In this document: positions 1-13,165 of the stretch, piece by piece
How the letters are laid out: every line of letters starts with the position of its first letter
How positions within the stretch are numbered: the stretch's first letter is position 1
Assembly (NCBI RefSeq): GCF_001194135.2
Contig: NC_068986.1
Coordinates: 37,130,582-37,194,581, forward strand
DNA length: 64,000 nucleotides
Origin: Octopus bimaculoides
Lineage: Eukaryota
Direction of reading: 5' to 3'
Made by a program: the position numbers and the translations under genes
Notes under the pieces: model-generated
What the model saw: the letters and a program-made list of their open reading frames with translations, nothing else
What the model was told of the DNA's origin: nothing
Databases searched by the model: none

Positions 1-287
1 CATTAGAGCAGGGGATGACTTTTGCTTGAATAAGCATTGTCAGGGATGGAAAAGCGGAAATGTACTAGGATATTTTTTGTAAGTTATGGTAAAATATGTG
101 TGGGACATGAGGCAAGAATGAAAAAAAAAGTCAAAAGTGAACCATTACTGATCCCTACTTTAACCATTTTGAGACCAATCTGCTTGATACCACCTCTGGT
201 TCAAGGATACTGAAGCTTCAAATTTTAAATTGGTTTAAATGAAAATTTCCATCAAGATTTTATGTTAATTTATGTTCTAAACACCAG

Positions 288-443
288 TTACATCGATCCT
301 AATACTTGAGTTTTGTGTATTTTATTGGCCCCCAAAAGAATGAAAAGCAAAGTGAAATTTAAACTCAGAACGTTAAGGGAGACAAAATGCAGCTAAGTAT
401 TTTCCCCATCATGTTAAGAGTTCTGCCAGCTCACCACCACCAC
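288..443 (-). mobile_element. SINE family A fragment (tRNA-derived)
   Basis: Decayed match to the recurring motif tacatcgacc..tattttattg.cccc.aaagaatgaaa.gcaaagt..ttt.aactcagaacg..ttctgccagctcacc seen in more than 12 copies in the window. Confidence 0.7.
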
Positions 444-446
444 TAA

Positions 447-455
447 TAGTAGTAC

Positions 456-502
<47 letters not shown>
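447..502. repeat. (TAG)n microsatellite
   Basis: Directly visible tagtagtag run. Confidence 0.95.
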
Positions 503-654
503 ATTTCTTCAATTTTTACTTTCAAATTTTTCATGAAACTGTAAATGCAAGTGTACATGTATGAATCATCATCAATTTAAATCTACTTTCCAAGCTTGTA
601 TGGCATTCAAGATTAATATATATATATATATGTGTGTGTATATATATATATATA

Positions 655-686
<32 letters not shown>

Positions 687-1958
687 CACACAACACATAC
701 ACAAAGTAAATACAATCCCTAAAGCAGAATATTGTTCACTGGGGTGGAGGTGAGGTTGTTTAAACAATGACATCATCAGGTGAAGGTTAGGCTACACTAG
801 ATTTTTATCAGTATACTAGACTTTGGTACAACATACCTGTAGAAAGGCACGTATACACTATGAATAGAGGACATATGACCAGGTTCTGCAACTATTTATC
901 AAAATTTTTTTTTTTTGGTTGGTGGGAAGACATTTAATCTCAAAATATATTTATTTATTTATTCATTCTTTAAACATTTAATGTCCATTTTTCCATGCTT
1001 GCATAGGTCAGATGGAATTTGTTGCAGTAGGTTTTTTTTTTTTTTTTTACAGCTGGAGGCTCTTTCTGTCACCAACTATCACCTGTTTTTGAGCAAGGTA
1101 ATATTCCTCCATGGCTAGATATGTTTGTCACAGAAGACTGGAAATAAAATACATTGCCTTCATAACAGTGGTGAATTCCCACGAACATCATATGATGTCA
1201 AAGCAAGAATGCACACAAACATACATACATATGTATGTATGTATGTATGTATGTATGCATGTATGCATGTGTGTATGTATGCATATATGTATGTATGCAT
1301 ATATATACATAATATATATATATATATANNNNNNNNNNNNNNNNNNNNNNNNNNNNNNNNNNNNNNNNNNNNNNNNNNNNNNNNNNNNNNNNNNNNNNNN
1401 NNNNNNNNNNNNNNNNNNNNNNNNNNNNNNNNNNNNNNNNNNNNNNNNNNNNNNNNNNNNNNNNNNNNNNNNNNNNNNNNNNNNNNNNNNNNNNNNNNNN
1501 NNNNNNNNNNNNNNNNNNNNNNNNNNNNNNNNNNNNNNNNNNNNNNNNNNNNNNNNNNNNNNNNNNNNNNNNNNNNNNNNNNNNNNNNNNNNNNNNNNNN
1601 NNNNNNNNNNNNNNNNNNNNNNNNNNNNNNNNNNNNNNNNNNNNNNNNNCAGAGACAGTGTGAGGTGGTTAAATAGAGGTAAATATTTTTAACTTAAAAA
1701 TAAAGAATTATTATGGAAAAGGAGGAGATAAGGAATATAGAGGGAATTAAGAGAATGAAAGTATAAATAAAATATCTAAAAATATTGTAATTTCAGTTCC
1801 ATTATTCAAGGAAAGTGGTGTATAGAAGTGATAAAAAAGTTTCCTGTACATGGTATGTAAGATCCAATAGTAGCTCATGTTTAGTCATTTCAAAGTATGG
1901 AGCCGTGGGTTCTGTGTTGCAAATTTACAACAGTCTAATCTGCTGTGTGTATATGAAC

Positions 1959-1990
<32 letters not shown>

Positions 1991-2007
1991 TGATGATGAT
2001 AATAACC

Positions 2008-2222
2008 CTTTCTATTAGAGGTACAAGGCCTGAAATTTTGTAAAGAGGAGTCTAATTAATTACATTTACAGCAGTGTTTAAAAGGTACTTATTTTATTGA
2101 CCACTAAAAGAATGAAAGACAAAGTCAATTTTGGTGATATTTGAACTCAAAACATAAAACCATAAGAAATGCCGCTAAGTATTCTGTCCTGGGTGCAAAC
2201 AATGTTACCAGCTTACCCCCTT
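2008..2222 (-). mobile_element. SINE family A, decayed near-full copy
   Basis: gtacaaggcctgaaatttt...ggtacttattttattgacc..aaagaatgaaagacaaagtc..tttgaactca..aaatgccgctaagtatt..ccagcttacc; B-box-like tgagttcaaat on the minus strand. Confidence 0.8.
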
Positions 2223-2489
2223 AATAATAACAACAATGATGATGATGATTAATAATTTATAGGCCACAAGGGCCAAAAAATATTTAGAATACTACAGAGA
2301 CAAGAGACGGTACAGATTTGCACATATACATGCATAAACAATAAAACAATCACAAAAAAAGAATTACGAGATTTCTCAACAGGGGCCACAAGACCACAAA
2401 GTTTGTGAGAATGGGATAAACTGATTAAGTTGACCTTAGAACTTGATTGCTCCTTTATTTTATCAACCCCAGAAGAATGAAAGCAAAGT

Positions 2490-2752
2490 CTTCTACTACA
2501 GCCTTGTGAGTGGATTTGGTAGATACAAACTGAAAGAAGCTTATCATATATGAGTGTGTATGTGCATGTGTGCATGTGCGTATGTTCCCATGTCCTTCAC
2601 CACTGCTTGTCAAATGGTTCAGCAAAAGAGACAGATGGAATAAGTACCAAGCTTAGAACAAATAAGTATTGGGATCAATTCATTCAACTGAAAATTCTTC
2701 AGGGCAGTACCCCAGCCATAGTCTAATGATTGAAACATGTGAAAGATAAAAA
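2490..2752 (+). mobile_element. SINE family B, 5'-truncated
   Basis: gtcttctactacagccttgtgagtggatttggtagatacaaactgaaagaagc + (TG/CA) tract + ttcagcaaaagagacagatggaataagtacc..aatgattgaaaca. Confidence 0.75.
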
Positions 2753-2921
2753 ATAAATGGTAACATAACCAAAACCTTGAACAAATTAATCTGATACACC
2801 ACTGATTCTGTCACCAGCCACCCAATTTTTCCATTACATACATCTAAAAGTTTCTTATCTCACATAATACAGCACCAGTTTTATGGATTCAGAAATTTAG
2901 AATGTCAATAGGAATTGCAAG

Positions 2922-2952
<31 letters not shown>

Positions 2953-3164
2953 TGTTACTGATAGGATTCTCCACTCCCGCCTGCTAATGTTAAACAACTG
3001 TTTCTGTGTGGAGGAAGAGTTGTAACTTGATTAGAAGCTGAAGTAATTCAGCCTTGACTGAGGGACCAACACACAAGGACATGAGTCAGAGTTTAAACTC
3101 ATGACCTATAGGTCAATGTATTGTCATCACTTAATGGGAACAAATAAAAAGTGGGGGGGGGGAG

Positions 3165-3600
3165 AAGAAGGAAAAGAATATGAAGAGAAAGAAGACAAAG
3201 CAGATGAGGAAGAAGAATATAAAAATGAAAACCTAAGAGAAAGAAGATGGAGAATAAAAAGACAATGAAAAAAAAACGAAGATGAAGAGGGCAGAAGTCA
3301 AAGAATGATAAAGATGAAGGAAGAAAAGATAAAGAAAACTAAGAAAAAGTTGAAGGAAGACAATGAAGAAAATAAAGATGATGAGACTGAACACAAGGAA
3401 GATGGTGAAGAAAAAAGAAATAATAAGAAAAAGAAAGCAAAGAGGTAGAAATATAAGAAAGAATAGTATGTCAATAAAGAAATAAAAATAAGTGAATCAA
3501 TTAAAGAAAAAAAGATAGAGAAATAAAAGAAAAGGAAACAAAGGAGCTGGAGAAAGAAACTTTAACAAAAGGTATGGTAAAAATGGGACAATAAAAAGGC
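3165..3600. repeat. Purine-rich (GAA/AAG) low-complexity tract
   Basis: Almost exclusively A/G on the + strand; no coherent ORF. Confidence 0.85.
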
Positions 3601-3728
3601 CTAAATAAGAATTACACAACTGGTATTCCACAGAAACAGTGGAGTAAAAAAAAAAATTGAACTTAATTACTCTTTTAGAAGTTTAATTTGCTATTTTATA
3701 TACAAACACATGCATATTACACATATGC

Positions 3729-3788
3729 ATATATATAAATATACGTATATATATAAATATACGTATATATATAAATATACGTATATAT
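3729..3788. repeat. 18-bp AT-rich minisatellite running into an assembly gap
   Basis: atatatataaatatacgt repeated about three times before the N-run. Confidence 0.8.
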
Positions 3789-4457
3789 NNNNNNNNNNNN
3801 NNNNNNNNNNNNNNNNNNNNNNNNNNNNNNNNNNNNNNNNNNNNNNNNNNNNNNNNNNNNNNNNNNNNNNNNNNNNNNNNNNNNNNNNNNNNNNNNNNNN
3901 NNNNNNNNNNNNNNNNNNNNNNNNNNNNNNNNNNNNNNNNNNNNNNNNNNNNNNNNNNNNNNNNNNNNNNNNNNNNNNNNNNNNNNNNNNNNNNNNNNNN
4001 NNNNNNNNNNNNNNNNNNNNNNNNNNNNNNNNNNNNNNNNNNNNNNNNNNNNNNNNNNNNNNNNNNNNNNNNNNNNNNNNNNNNNNNNNNNNNNNNNNNN
4101 NNNNNNNNNNNNNNNNNNNNNNNNNNNNNNNNNNNNNNNNNNNNNNNNNNNNNNNNNNNNNNNNNNNNNNNNNNNNNNNNNNNNNNNNNNNNNNNNNNNN
4201 NNNNNNNNNNNNNNNNNNNNNNNNNNNNNNNNNNNNNNNNNNNNNNNNNNNNNNNNNNNNNNNNNNNNNNNNNNNNNNNNNNNNNNNNNNNNNNNNNNNN
4301 NNNNNNNNNNNNNNNNNNNNNNNNNNNNNNNNNNNNNNNNNNNNNNNNNNNNNNNNNNNNNNNNNNNNNNNNNNNNNNNNNNNNNNNNNNNNNNNNNNNN
4401 NNNNNNNNNNNNNNNNNNNNNNNNNNNNNNNNNNNNNNNNNNNNNNNNNNNNNNNNN

Positions 4458-4499
<42 letters not shown>

Positions 4500-6471
4500 C
4501 ACATGCATATATACATATATGTGTATGCATATATGTGTGTGCTTGTCCTAATCAAGTTCTCAGGGAAATTATCAATAGTCACTGAAGCCAGCTGTTCACG
4601 TATTTGAGGAGAATATCCCATGTATGTATGTGTCCGTGTGTGCATATGCACAGAAACATGTGTACAAGTACAGTTACGCATGCTTGTGCATGCATGTGAG
4701 TTTATGCACATGTATCTATTTGTGTGTGCATACACACACACACACACACAGAGAGTTAGTTCTATGCAAGTGTGTGTGTGTGTGTGTATGTGAGCAATTC
4801 TAAGACATCTGTATATATAAATGTTTTGGGAGTTGTGTATTTTTTTTTTGTGTTTTGCTTTTTATTACATTAGAAAATTAGCCATGTTCAGTATTGAATG
4901 CAGCAATGTTTTTATGCAACCAATATATTAACCCTTTCTGTAGCTAAAAGGCACTTCAAAATACTTAACATGTTATTGAAGTACATGACAGTACATCAAG
5001 TACACAAGCCCACACAAGCACACCCATACACATACATAAATACATAAACTAAAGGCATATGCATTCTCATGATGCTTATGATGTATATAACACGCAACAT
5101 TTGCCTACCGTTTTTACTTTATGTGGACACTGTAGCTTAGCAATGATGACTCAACTACTGCAGGCCACATTCACTAATGCATCATCTTTGTTTTGTATTC
5201 AGGAGATAATGGAAAGGTTAGAAGCAAGAATGGGGCAAATTAATCCCACTGTCAAATAGTTAATGACAAATCTCATAAAATATGTGCTGTATTTCATCTC
5301 CCAAGCTATCTTATCGTCTGGTACAGAATAAGATTATCTGCAGAGTAGCCAATATAATTTACTTAGATCAAAATCAGAACGTGAGAAGGTTAAGGAAGAT
5401 ACTGCACATGAAGACGTTGTACAATGAGAATGATTCAATATTTTATTCAGAACTGGCTACCACCAAGGATTCCTCACTCAGGATATTTTCATCATCATCA
5501 TCATTGTCATCATCAACTTCCATTGTTCTTATGATAATTATCATGCATACTTTTTATTCCTTTATATTCTACCTCTGTTCTATCAAAGCGTTTATCAATT
5601 TATACTGTTTCGAAAAACAGTGGTCAAAAGTCTGAATTTAAAATATTCCAGAAGAAATCTCTCAAGAACACCACATCAATCCAGCCTTTGTTGATTAGAA
5701 AAGTTATAAAGAGATAATACTATGAATAATTTTTTTTTTCTAGTAATAATTAAGGGTACTAACAGAACAGACAGTACCAGGATGCTAAAATAGCAGTCAA
5801 AATGACCAAACCACAAGTTTTCAGTGTGGCATTAAATCTTAGATTTGCTTTTAAAACTTATATATATGGCTAAACTGGCAATATGACCATCCCCAAGTAC
5901 AACAACATATATATATATATATANNNNNNNNNNNNNNNNNNNNNNNNNNNNNNNNNNNNNNNNNNNNNNNNNNNNNNNNNNNNNNNNNNNNNNNNNNNNN
6001 NNNNNNNNNNNNNNNNNNNNNNNNNNNNNNNNNNNNNNNNNNNNNNNNNNNNNNNNNNNNNNNNNNNNNNNNNNNNNNNNNNNNNNNNNNNNNNNNNNNN
6101 NNNNNNNNNNNNNNNNNNNNNNNNNNNNNNNNNNNNNNNNNNNNNNNNNNNNNNNNNNNNNNNNNNNNNNNNNNNNNNNNNNNNNNNNNNNNNNNNNNNN
6201 NNNNNNNNNNNNNNNNNNNNNNNNNNNNNNNNNNNNNNNNNNNNNNNNNNNNNNNNNNNNNNNNNNNNNNNNNNNNNNNNNNNNNNNNNNNNNNNNNNNN
6301 NNNNNNNNNNNNNNNNNNNNNNNNNNNNNNNNNNNNNNNNNNNNNNNNNNNNNNNNNNNNNNNNNNNNNNNNNNNNNNNNNNNNNNNNNNNNNNNNNNNN
6401 NNNNNNNNNNNNNNNNNNNNNNNNNNNNNNNNNNNNNNNNNNNNNNNNNNNNNNNNNNNNNNCTAAAACTA

Positions 6472-6520
<49 letters not shown>

Positions 6521-7719
6521 AATCTATATATAGACAGACAGACAGACAGACAGATAGATACACGTGTGCATGTGTGTGTGGGTGTGCATGTGCGCATGCA
6601 TGCGTAAATGTGCATCTATGTTCATTTCGAATGTCACTGTGTGAAGTGGAGCAGTGCTGATGTCGACAGTCATTGTCAACATTATGACCAGTTGCTCTGC
6701 ACTTTAAAGACCCACAGAATATTAAAAAATTCCTTACTTGAAAAACAAGTTACGGTTGACAACAGGAAGAGCTCGTAGCCATAAGATCCTACCTCAAACA
6801 ACTCACTGTCTAACCCATATTAGCATGGAAAAATAATTTGTTTTATATAATATATTGTAGTTAACATATGGATAGGTCACATTAGAAAAAAATATTCATG
6901 TATGAGTATTGTAAATCTAATTTGATTATTTACACCCAATAAAATTTTAACATACATGTCCTATACACATTATAATGGAGCTAAATATTCTTTGTTGATT
7001 GTTCACAGCAATGAATGAGAAGAAAAGAGAAATGAAAGTAATACATTTGATAGAATTGTTTTATAGGAACAAAGACCCTTTCTGTTTATACATTGAATTC
7101 TAGAAATGAAATTACCAACTCAGTATGGCTCCCAGTGTGCTTGATGGTTTTACTAGAATAACTATCAAATTGCTGCTGGGGTTTTCCTTATTCAGATGTG
7201 GGAGGAGGGAGAATAGGGCTTTCTTTGTAACATAAGTTTGTAAAATTACTAACATGAATTTTTTATCACAAGAAGCACTAAAAGCATTGTGGTCAAGTGG
7301 GAGTAGATTTCTTTAATATAGATTACTATTTCAAATATCATCACTGATATGATGTTGCATCCCTTAGGTAATGCACAATATTACATTTCTCAGAGATGTC
7401 TGACTAAAAATAAATACCAGTAATACTATACTTATACGCAAAATCACATATAATTTAGTGTGGAAAAAAAAAATATGTAAGGCTTAAGAAATTTAATGGT
7501 GACTTGTTTTCTCAGTGTGTATGTGTGTGTGTGTGTGTGTGTATGTATGTGTGTGTGTGTTTACACATACATTTACTTATCTGAATGCATACATGCATGA
7601 TGGGGGCATATAATTTTAACGCTCGCTTTTTCATGCCTGCATAAGTTGGACAGAGTACATTAAGACAGATATTCTACAGTCAGATGCCAGAAAGCAAACT
7701 TCTTAAACATATGCCAAAC

Positions 7720-7754
<35 letters not shown>

Positions 7755-7862
7755 CATGTACACAGGTGAGTACATAAGTGCAAAACAAGATGGAAAAATA
7801 GTACTCAAATACCAAAGGTAGAGTAATATATTTTTTATTAAAGCTGAAAAATTATCACAGGG

Positions 7863-7902
7863 CTGTTACTCAAAGTTTCACATTCCCATTCATCTGACAT
7901 TG
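7863..7902 (-). ncRNA. Degenerate hammerhead-like motif (mirror copy)
   Basis: Minus strand reads atgt | cagatga | atg-ggaa-tgt | gaaac-tttga-gt | a | acag; the core differs from CUGAUGA at one base. Confidence 0.5.
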
Positions 7903-7917
7903 GTGATGGAAACTCAC

Positions 7918-7957
7918 AACTGTCCAAGGAACAGGAATGTGAAACTGAGTAACAGTT
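7918..7957 (+). ncRNA. Degenerate minimal type I hammerhead-ribozyme-like motif
   Basis: aactgt | ccaagga | aca-ggaa-tgt | gaaac-tga-gt | a | acagtt. Stem I aactgt/acagtt and stem II aca/tgt pair perfectly, GAAAC and the GUA triplet are intact, but the CUGANGA box reads CCAAGGA. Confidence 0.55.
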
Positions 7958-8209
7958 CTGTGATAAATTTGCAGCCTTAATAAAAAGTATATATATATAT
8001 ATATATATTGTTACATTTGGGGATGGTCATTTTTTATAATAAAGCTGAAGTGAGGATCAAATAAATTGTGCATGTGTTTAATGGCAGAAAAATAGAAAAT
8101 GATCATACCCAATATAACAATATCTGTTTCAACATATGATTTGACATCAAGAATCTTACAAAACAAATACACAAACGTGTGTGCACGTGTGTATATATAT
8201 ATATATAGA

Positions 8210-8437
8210 GAGCGTGGCCGTTGCCAGTACCGCCTGACTGGCCTTCGTGCCGGTGGCACGTAAAAGCACCCGCTACACTCTCAGAGTGGTTGGCATTAGG
8301 AAGGGCATCCAGCTGTAGAAACTCTGCCAAATCAGATTGGAGCCTGGTGTAGCCATCTGGTTCGCCAGTCCTCAGTCAAATCATCCAACCCATGCTAGCA
8401 TGGAAAATGGACGTTAAACGATGATGATGATGATGAT
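8210..8437 (+). mobile_element. SINE family E 3' half, young copy, (GAT)n tail
   Basis: gagcgtggccgttgccagtaccgcc...gtggttggcattaggaagggcatccagctgtagaaa...acccatgctagcatggaaa..ggacgttaaacgatgatgat; near-identical to 44519-44766. Confidence 0.9.
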
Positions 8438-8928
8438 ATACATATATGTATATATAATTTGGTGAAGCCATGCCTGTGTGGATAAGAAGTTTACTTCACA
8501 ATCACATGATTTGAATTTCAATCCCCCACACAAATACAACCTAAAATTGAATTTTTCCCATGGGGTCTCAGTCTCTTGGTACTCTGATTTTATGTCAGCA
8601 ACTACCAAAATACTAGCACATTGTTTATATGTAGATGTAGGCAGAATATACTATTATTACTTTTTCTACTTAGTCTGTCTCACAATAGCACTACTCTATT
8701 ATGTTTATGTGTCTATTTAGAATAGAGCTGCACAAAGATATCCTGTTCCCTAATGGTCTTTATGTATAAACTGGAAATGGATCAGAGCATGAATATTTAC
8801 AGGTAAATAGGTGGACAATTACTGTTCCATATCTAGTTAGTTTAAAGTGGCCTACATAAAGAAAAATACATATACTAACTCATAACACTCCCATGTCGGA
8901 CATGAATGACATTCAGACATCTTTTGTA

Positions 8929-8972
<44 letters not shown>

Positions 8973-11332
8973 TATGTATATATCATTATTAATCTGTTGA
9001 AGTATTCATGGTATGAATGTTTGTTAACTTTGACTCACAACCAATTCATTTAAAAGAAGACTAAAGGTACACTCTGGTAACATTGTTACATATTTGGTCC
9101 ATTCAAGGATAAAACAACATAAGGAATTTTTTAACCTTGCTCTATATTTGGCCTCTTTTGGGACACAATCTGTTGACCTTGTTCCACATTTGGTTTGTAT
9201 GAGTCAAGTCTACTGACTCAGACATCCTGTTAACCTTACAAAAGTACTTCCTAATCTTTCATTCATGACTTTAAGAATTTATTTTTCAGAGCCAACAAAT
9301 TTATGTTTGTAAATTTATCAAAGCCACATTATAGTTTACAATGTTATATGGATCCAGGTTCGTTTGAATTCAAGAGGCTAAAAATAACTGCATGAATGTT
9401 CAGTGGAAAACAGTTTAGTAAGTCTACTGTAAACATTGCTTCACAATATGTTAAGCAAAATCTAACTTCTTTCTTCTGATTGGCCAAAATTTCTGACACA
9501 TGAAGATGCAAAGGAAGTGATATTTGCTTTACTATTCATTAGTACATTATTTTAAACCGATAATGTATACATTTATTGCTTGTTATGTTGTACATTGATG
9601 ACAAGGTTATTTTCTTCAGATTTTTAACCTCATTTTCTTAAAACTATTAACTATGATGTATTACTAAATGCAGTTTCTGGAAATTATTCAAAACTGAACC
9701 AATATTATAGGTAAAAGAAACATCTGTTAAAAGTTTTATGAAAACGTTGAACACAGAGAAGTGTTAGGAACTTAATGTATGGTGAGACTCATATGGAGTA
9801 AAAGAATTGTGGATTGAGTATGAGACTTATACAGTCAAATGTAATTTATGAATGACAAAGATTTAGTAATACACAAGAGAGGTTTCTAATGTGATGTAGT
9901 TCTGGGAATAGATGAACCACCACCATCGATTTAATAAAAGAGGTGGTCACAAAGGAACTTGGACATAATATCTTTACTTTATATATTTAGGGTCATCTTC
10001 TTTTCTATATCATCATCATCATAAAAGGGCTCTGGAGTCATTACCATTATTATAAAAGGGGCTCTCGAGTTATTACCTTCATCATCATTTCACCTCAGCT
10101 TTCCATGTTAAATGGGTCATCACAGTTTAAGTTATTTCTTATTGGAAGTCACTGCTCTCAGACATAGAAACTCATATGGATCATTTTGCCTTGGTCTCGA
10201 TACCCGGATGCCCATCTTATTACCAATCACTTTATAAAGTACACAGGTTGCATTTTCTCATGGCACCTGTACTGAAGAGAAGACCACAGAATGACAAAAC
10301 TAAAGGGATCTCTCAACCCCACACTTTCTCTACTCACTCGCATTGACTTCTAGTATGTATTGGGAGCATTTGTCATAGCACTAGCAATAGACAGGCAGTC
10401 AATTCCTTAGTGAGACAGGACTAAAGTGACTTTTCATTTCCACATGTCTTTTGCTCACTCATGAATCACTTTAGAAGATACACATGGAGGAAGTCTTTCA
10501 CCATGGAACCAGCATAGAAGAATGGTACCTTATACGCTATAAATGTTGGACAAAAATGCTGTACAGCATCCATCATCTTCCTCAATTCAAATTCTGTATT
10601 TCATCTCTTTGATTGAAAGCATATATTCCAGACAAATATTGGGCTTGAATCAACTGATTACCTCTCGTCTAAAAATTGTGTCTATCTGCAAATGTAAAAT
10701 CTCTCTCACTCTCACTGTCACTCCCTCTCTCTCTCTCTCACTCACTCTAAAAGTAAGATAACAGAACGAACAGAATTTCATTTATGTGCACAAATACTGA
10801 TGAGAAAAATAAGAGAGACTAAAAGGAGAATTAATTGATATCTCTTTCTAAGGAATATAAGACAAATCCTTATGTAAGCCAGAGTTTCAACATAGTAACC
10901 TGAGCTGATGCAGAAAGACTACCAAACCTCTCAAATCACTCTTTACTGTCTAATAAATTGCGTAATATCATTATGTAATATCATCTTGAGTTCTCTGTAC
11001 TTAAGAATGGTCACAACTAAATAGTATTTGATTGATTAAAAGTTTACCCAATGAAAACTAACCAGGAGTTAAACAATTATATTTTCCTACATTTTGTGAC
11101 AATATAATTTACATATGATTTCATTTTAAGTGTGTGCAGGGTAGTTGTACATATCTAACATTAAGTAGCAACTTATATCAGCATATACTTGGTGTGCAGG
11201 TACGTATACACATATACAAGCTTAAAAAACCTCTGTGTGTACATGTAGATGTGTTCATGAATGTAGATAAACTCATATGTGTATATGGGAACCTGCATGT
11301 ATGTGTGCACATGCATGTACATAGTATGCATG

Positions 11333-11335
11333 TGA

Positions 11336-11418
<83 letters not shown>
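11333..11418. repeat. (TG)n microsatellite
   Basis: Long TG run; explains the CVCV/HTHT ORFs. Confidence 0.97.
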
Positions 11419-11419
<1 letters not shown>

Positions 11420-12711
11420 ATGTCAACATACTCTAACATCAGTTGGTAGCCACATGTACAAATAATGTAGTTGATGTATTTAGTTATGCTTGTTGACTAT
11501 TATGACATTCAAGTTCTAGAAACAACACCAGGAAGAAACATATTTCTGTGTCAACACATGTGTGCATGCATACACACACACACACTTATGCATGAACATA
11601 TTTGTGCAAGCATTCACGCATATTTGTTTGCATATACAAACACAGATATTGGTAAGAAAATTATTCACAGTAAGTTTGGATAAACAAAAATAGATACAAC
11701 TAGGAATATGAATGTGTGTGCACGAGTATGTAAGTCTGCATGCACATCTGTGTATGTTTGTGGGTCGTGTGAATGTGTCTGCATGTAGTCACGAGCATGA
11801 GTGAGTATGCATGTTAGTGTATGTTCTACAGCATAACTAAAATAACAAAAATAGATACGAGTTTGTTGGTGAGGGTTTGCAGCAGTGAAACTTGTGCTGA
11901 GGCTGTTGGGTAGAAAATGGTAAGAATGGTAAATATCAGTGATGGTTGATTACATTATGGGAGAGAGAAAGAAAGGGGGAAGAGAGATAGATAGACAGAC
12001 ACATAGACAGATAGATAGATAGATAGATAGATAGATANNNNNNNNNNNNNNNNNNNNNNNNNNNNNNNNNNNNNNNNNNNNNNNNNNNNNNNNNNNNNNN
12101 NNNNNNNNNNNNNNNNNNNNNNNNNNNNNNNNNNNNNNNNNNNNNNNNNNNNNNNNNNNNNNNNNNNNNNNNNNNNNNNNNNNNNNNNNNNNNNNNNNNN
12201 NNNNNNNNNNNNNNNNNNNNNNNNNNNNNNNNNNNNNNNNNNNNNNNNNNNNNNNNNNNNNNNNNNNNNNNNNNNNNNNNNNNNNNNNNNNNNNNNNNNN
12301 NNNNNNNNNNNNNNNNNNNNNNNNNNNNNNNNNNNNNNNNNNNNNNNNNNNNNNNNNNNNNNNNNNNNNNNNNNNNNNNNNNNNNNNNNNNNNNNNNNNN
12401 NNNNNNNNNNNNNNNNNNNNNNNNNNAAAATAGGGGGATAAAAGTTTTCATGTGGATTTGAGAAAAGAAATTTATTTTGTTGCTGTTAACTTTCAGAGAT
12501 TTCCTGTTATCATGATTTGTGAAATAAAGAAAAAATTAAATGCATTCATTGAAAAATAGCGTTAGCACAATTTCTAGGAAATTTTCTGACAGGAATTACA
12601 ATGAGAGTGCTTGAGTTGTGAATTTAAAGGATTTGAGAGATAACAAAGAATGCGAAGGTCAGTAAAATCAAAAATATTAATTTTTGGTACAGATATAAAT
12701 TTATATTGGTT

Positions 12712-12917
12712 TCAAATTTTAGCCCAAGGCCAACAATTTTGGGAAAGTGGGTAAGTCAATTACATCGACCCCAGTGCCCAACAAGTACTTATTTTATTGA
12801 CCTCAAAATGATGAAAGGCAAAGTCAAAGTCAACCTCGGCAGAATTTGAACTCAGAACAGAAATACTGCTAAGCATTTTGCCCAGCATAATAACAACTCT
12901 GCCAGCTTACTGCCTTA
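12712..12917 (-). mobile_element. SINE family A
   Basis: tttagcccaaggccaacaattttggg..gtaagtcaattacatcgaccccagtg..tacttattttattgacc..gatgaaaggcaaagtc..tttgaactcagaac..ctctgccagcttactgcctt. Confidence 0.85.
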
Positions 12918-13009
12918 CAGACACACCAATATTATTTACATGTTTTTGTCTTCTCTTTACTTTTCTGTAGGCTATGACAAGCAAAATCTTCAAAACACTG
13001 AGCAAACAA

Positions 13010-13165
13010 GGGAGCCCCTACATGGTTATATCAGCCAAACTACTCTACAATCACTACTATCTGCATATAAGCTGTGTGAATAAAAAACATGATGGTCTTT
13101 GCTGGAATGTCTTCTATTTTAGATCAATTCAATCAGAGCTGATCTGGGGTTAAACAACAACTAAA
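13010..13165. mobile_element. Repeat family G fragment (unclassified)
   Basis: gagccccta..cagccaaa..gctggaatgtctt..aatcagagctgatctggggttaaacaac; the same motifs recur at 18100, 23900, 24810, 31280, 49740, 52600 and 53700. Confidence 0.6.

Larger units (their letters stand above)
7752..7991. mobile_element. Palindromic non-autonomous repeat (Penelope-like terminal structure) with hammerhead-like folds in both arms
   Basis: About 75-80-bp imperfect inverted arms (7827-7906 vs 7914-7991) around the loop tggaaac; flanked by (TA)n on both sides; each arm carries a C..A.GA-hairpin-GAAAC-..-GTA-ACAG pattern. Confidence 0.7.

Noticed and set aside
770-790. CTGATGA on the minus strand (also at about 10795 and 14120)
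   Set aside because: No stem II plus GAAA at a suitable distance; not a hammerhead.
1055-1097. Apparent exon tttacag|CTGGAGG...CAAG|gtaata
   Set aside because: It is the family E SINE motif (tacagctggatgcccttcc..) in reverse orientation.
12971-13075. Strong + strand acceptor followed by open frames
   Set aside because: The downstream half is family G repeat; no convincing donor or homology.
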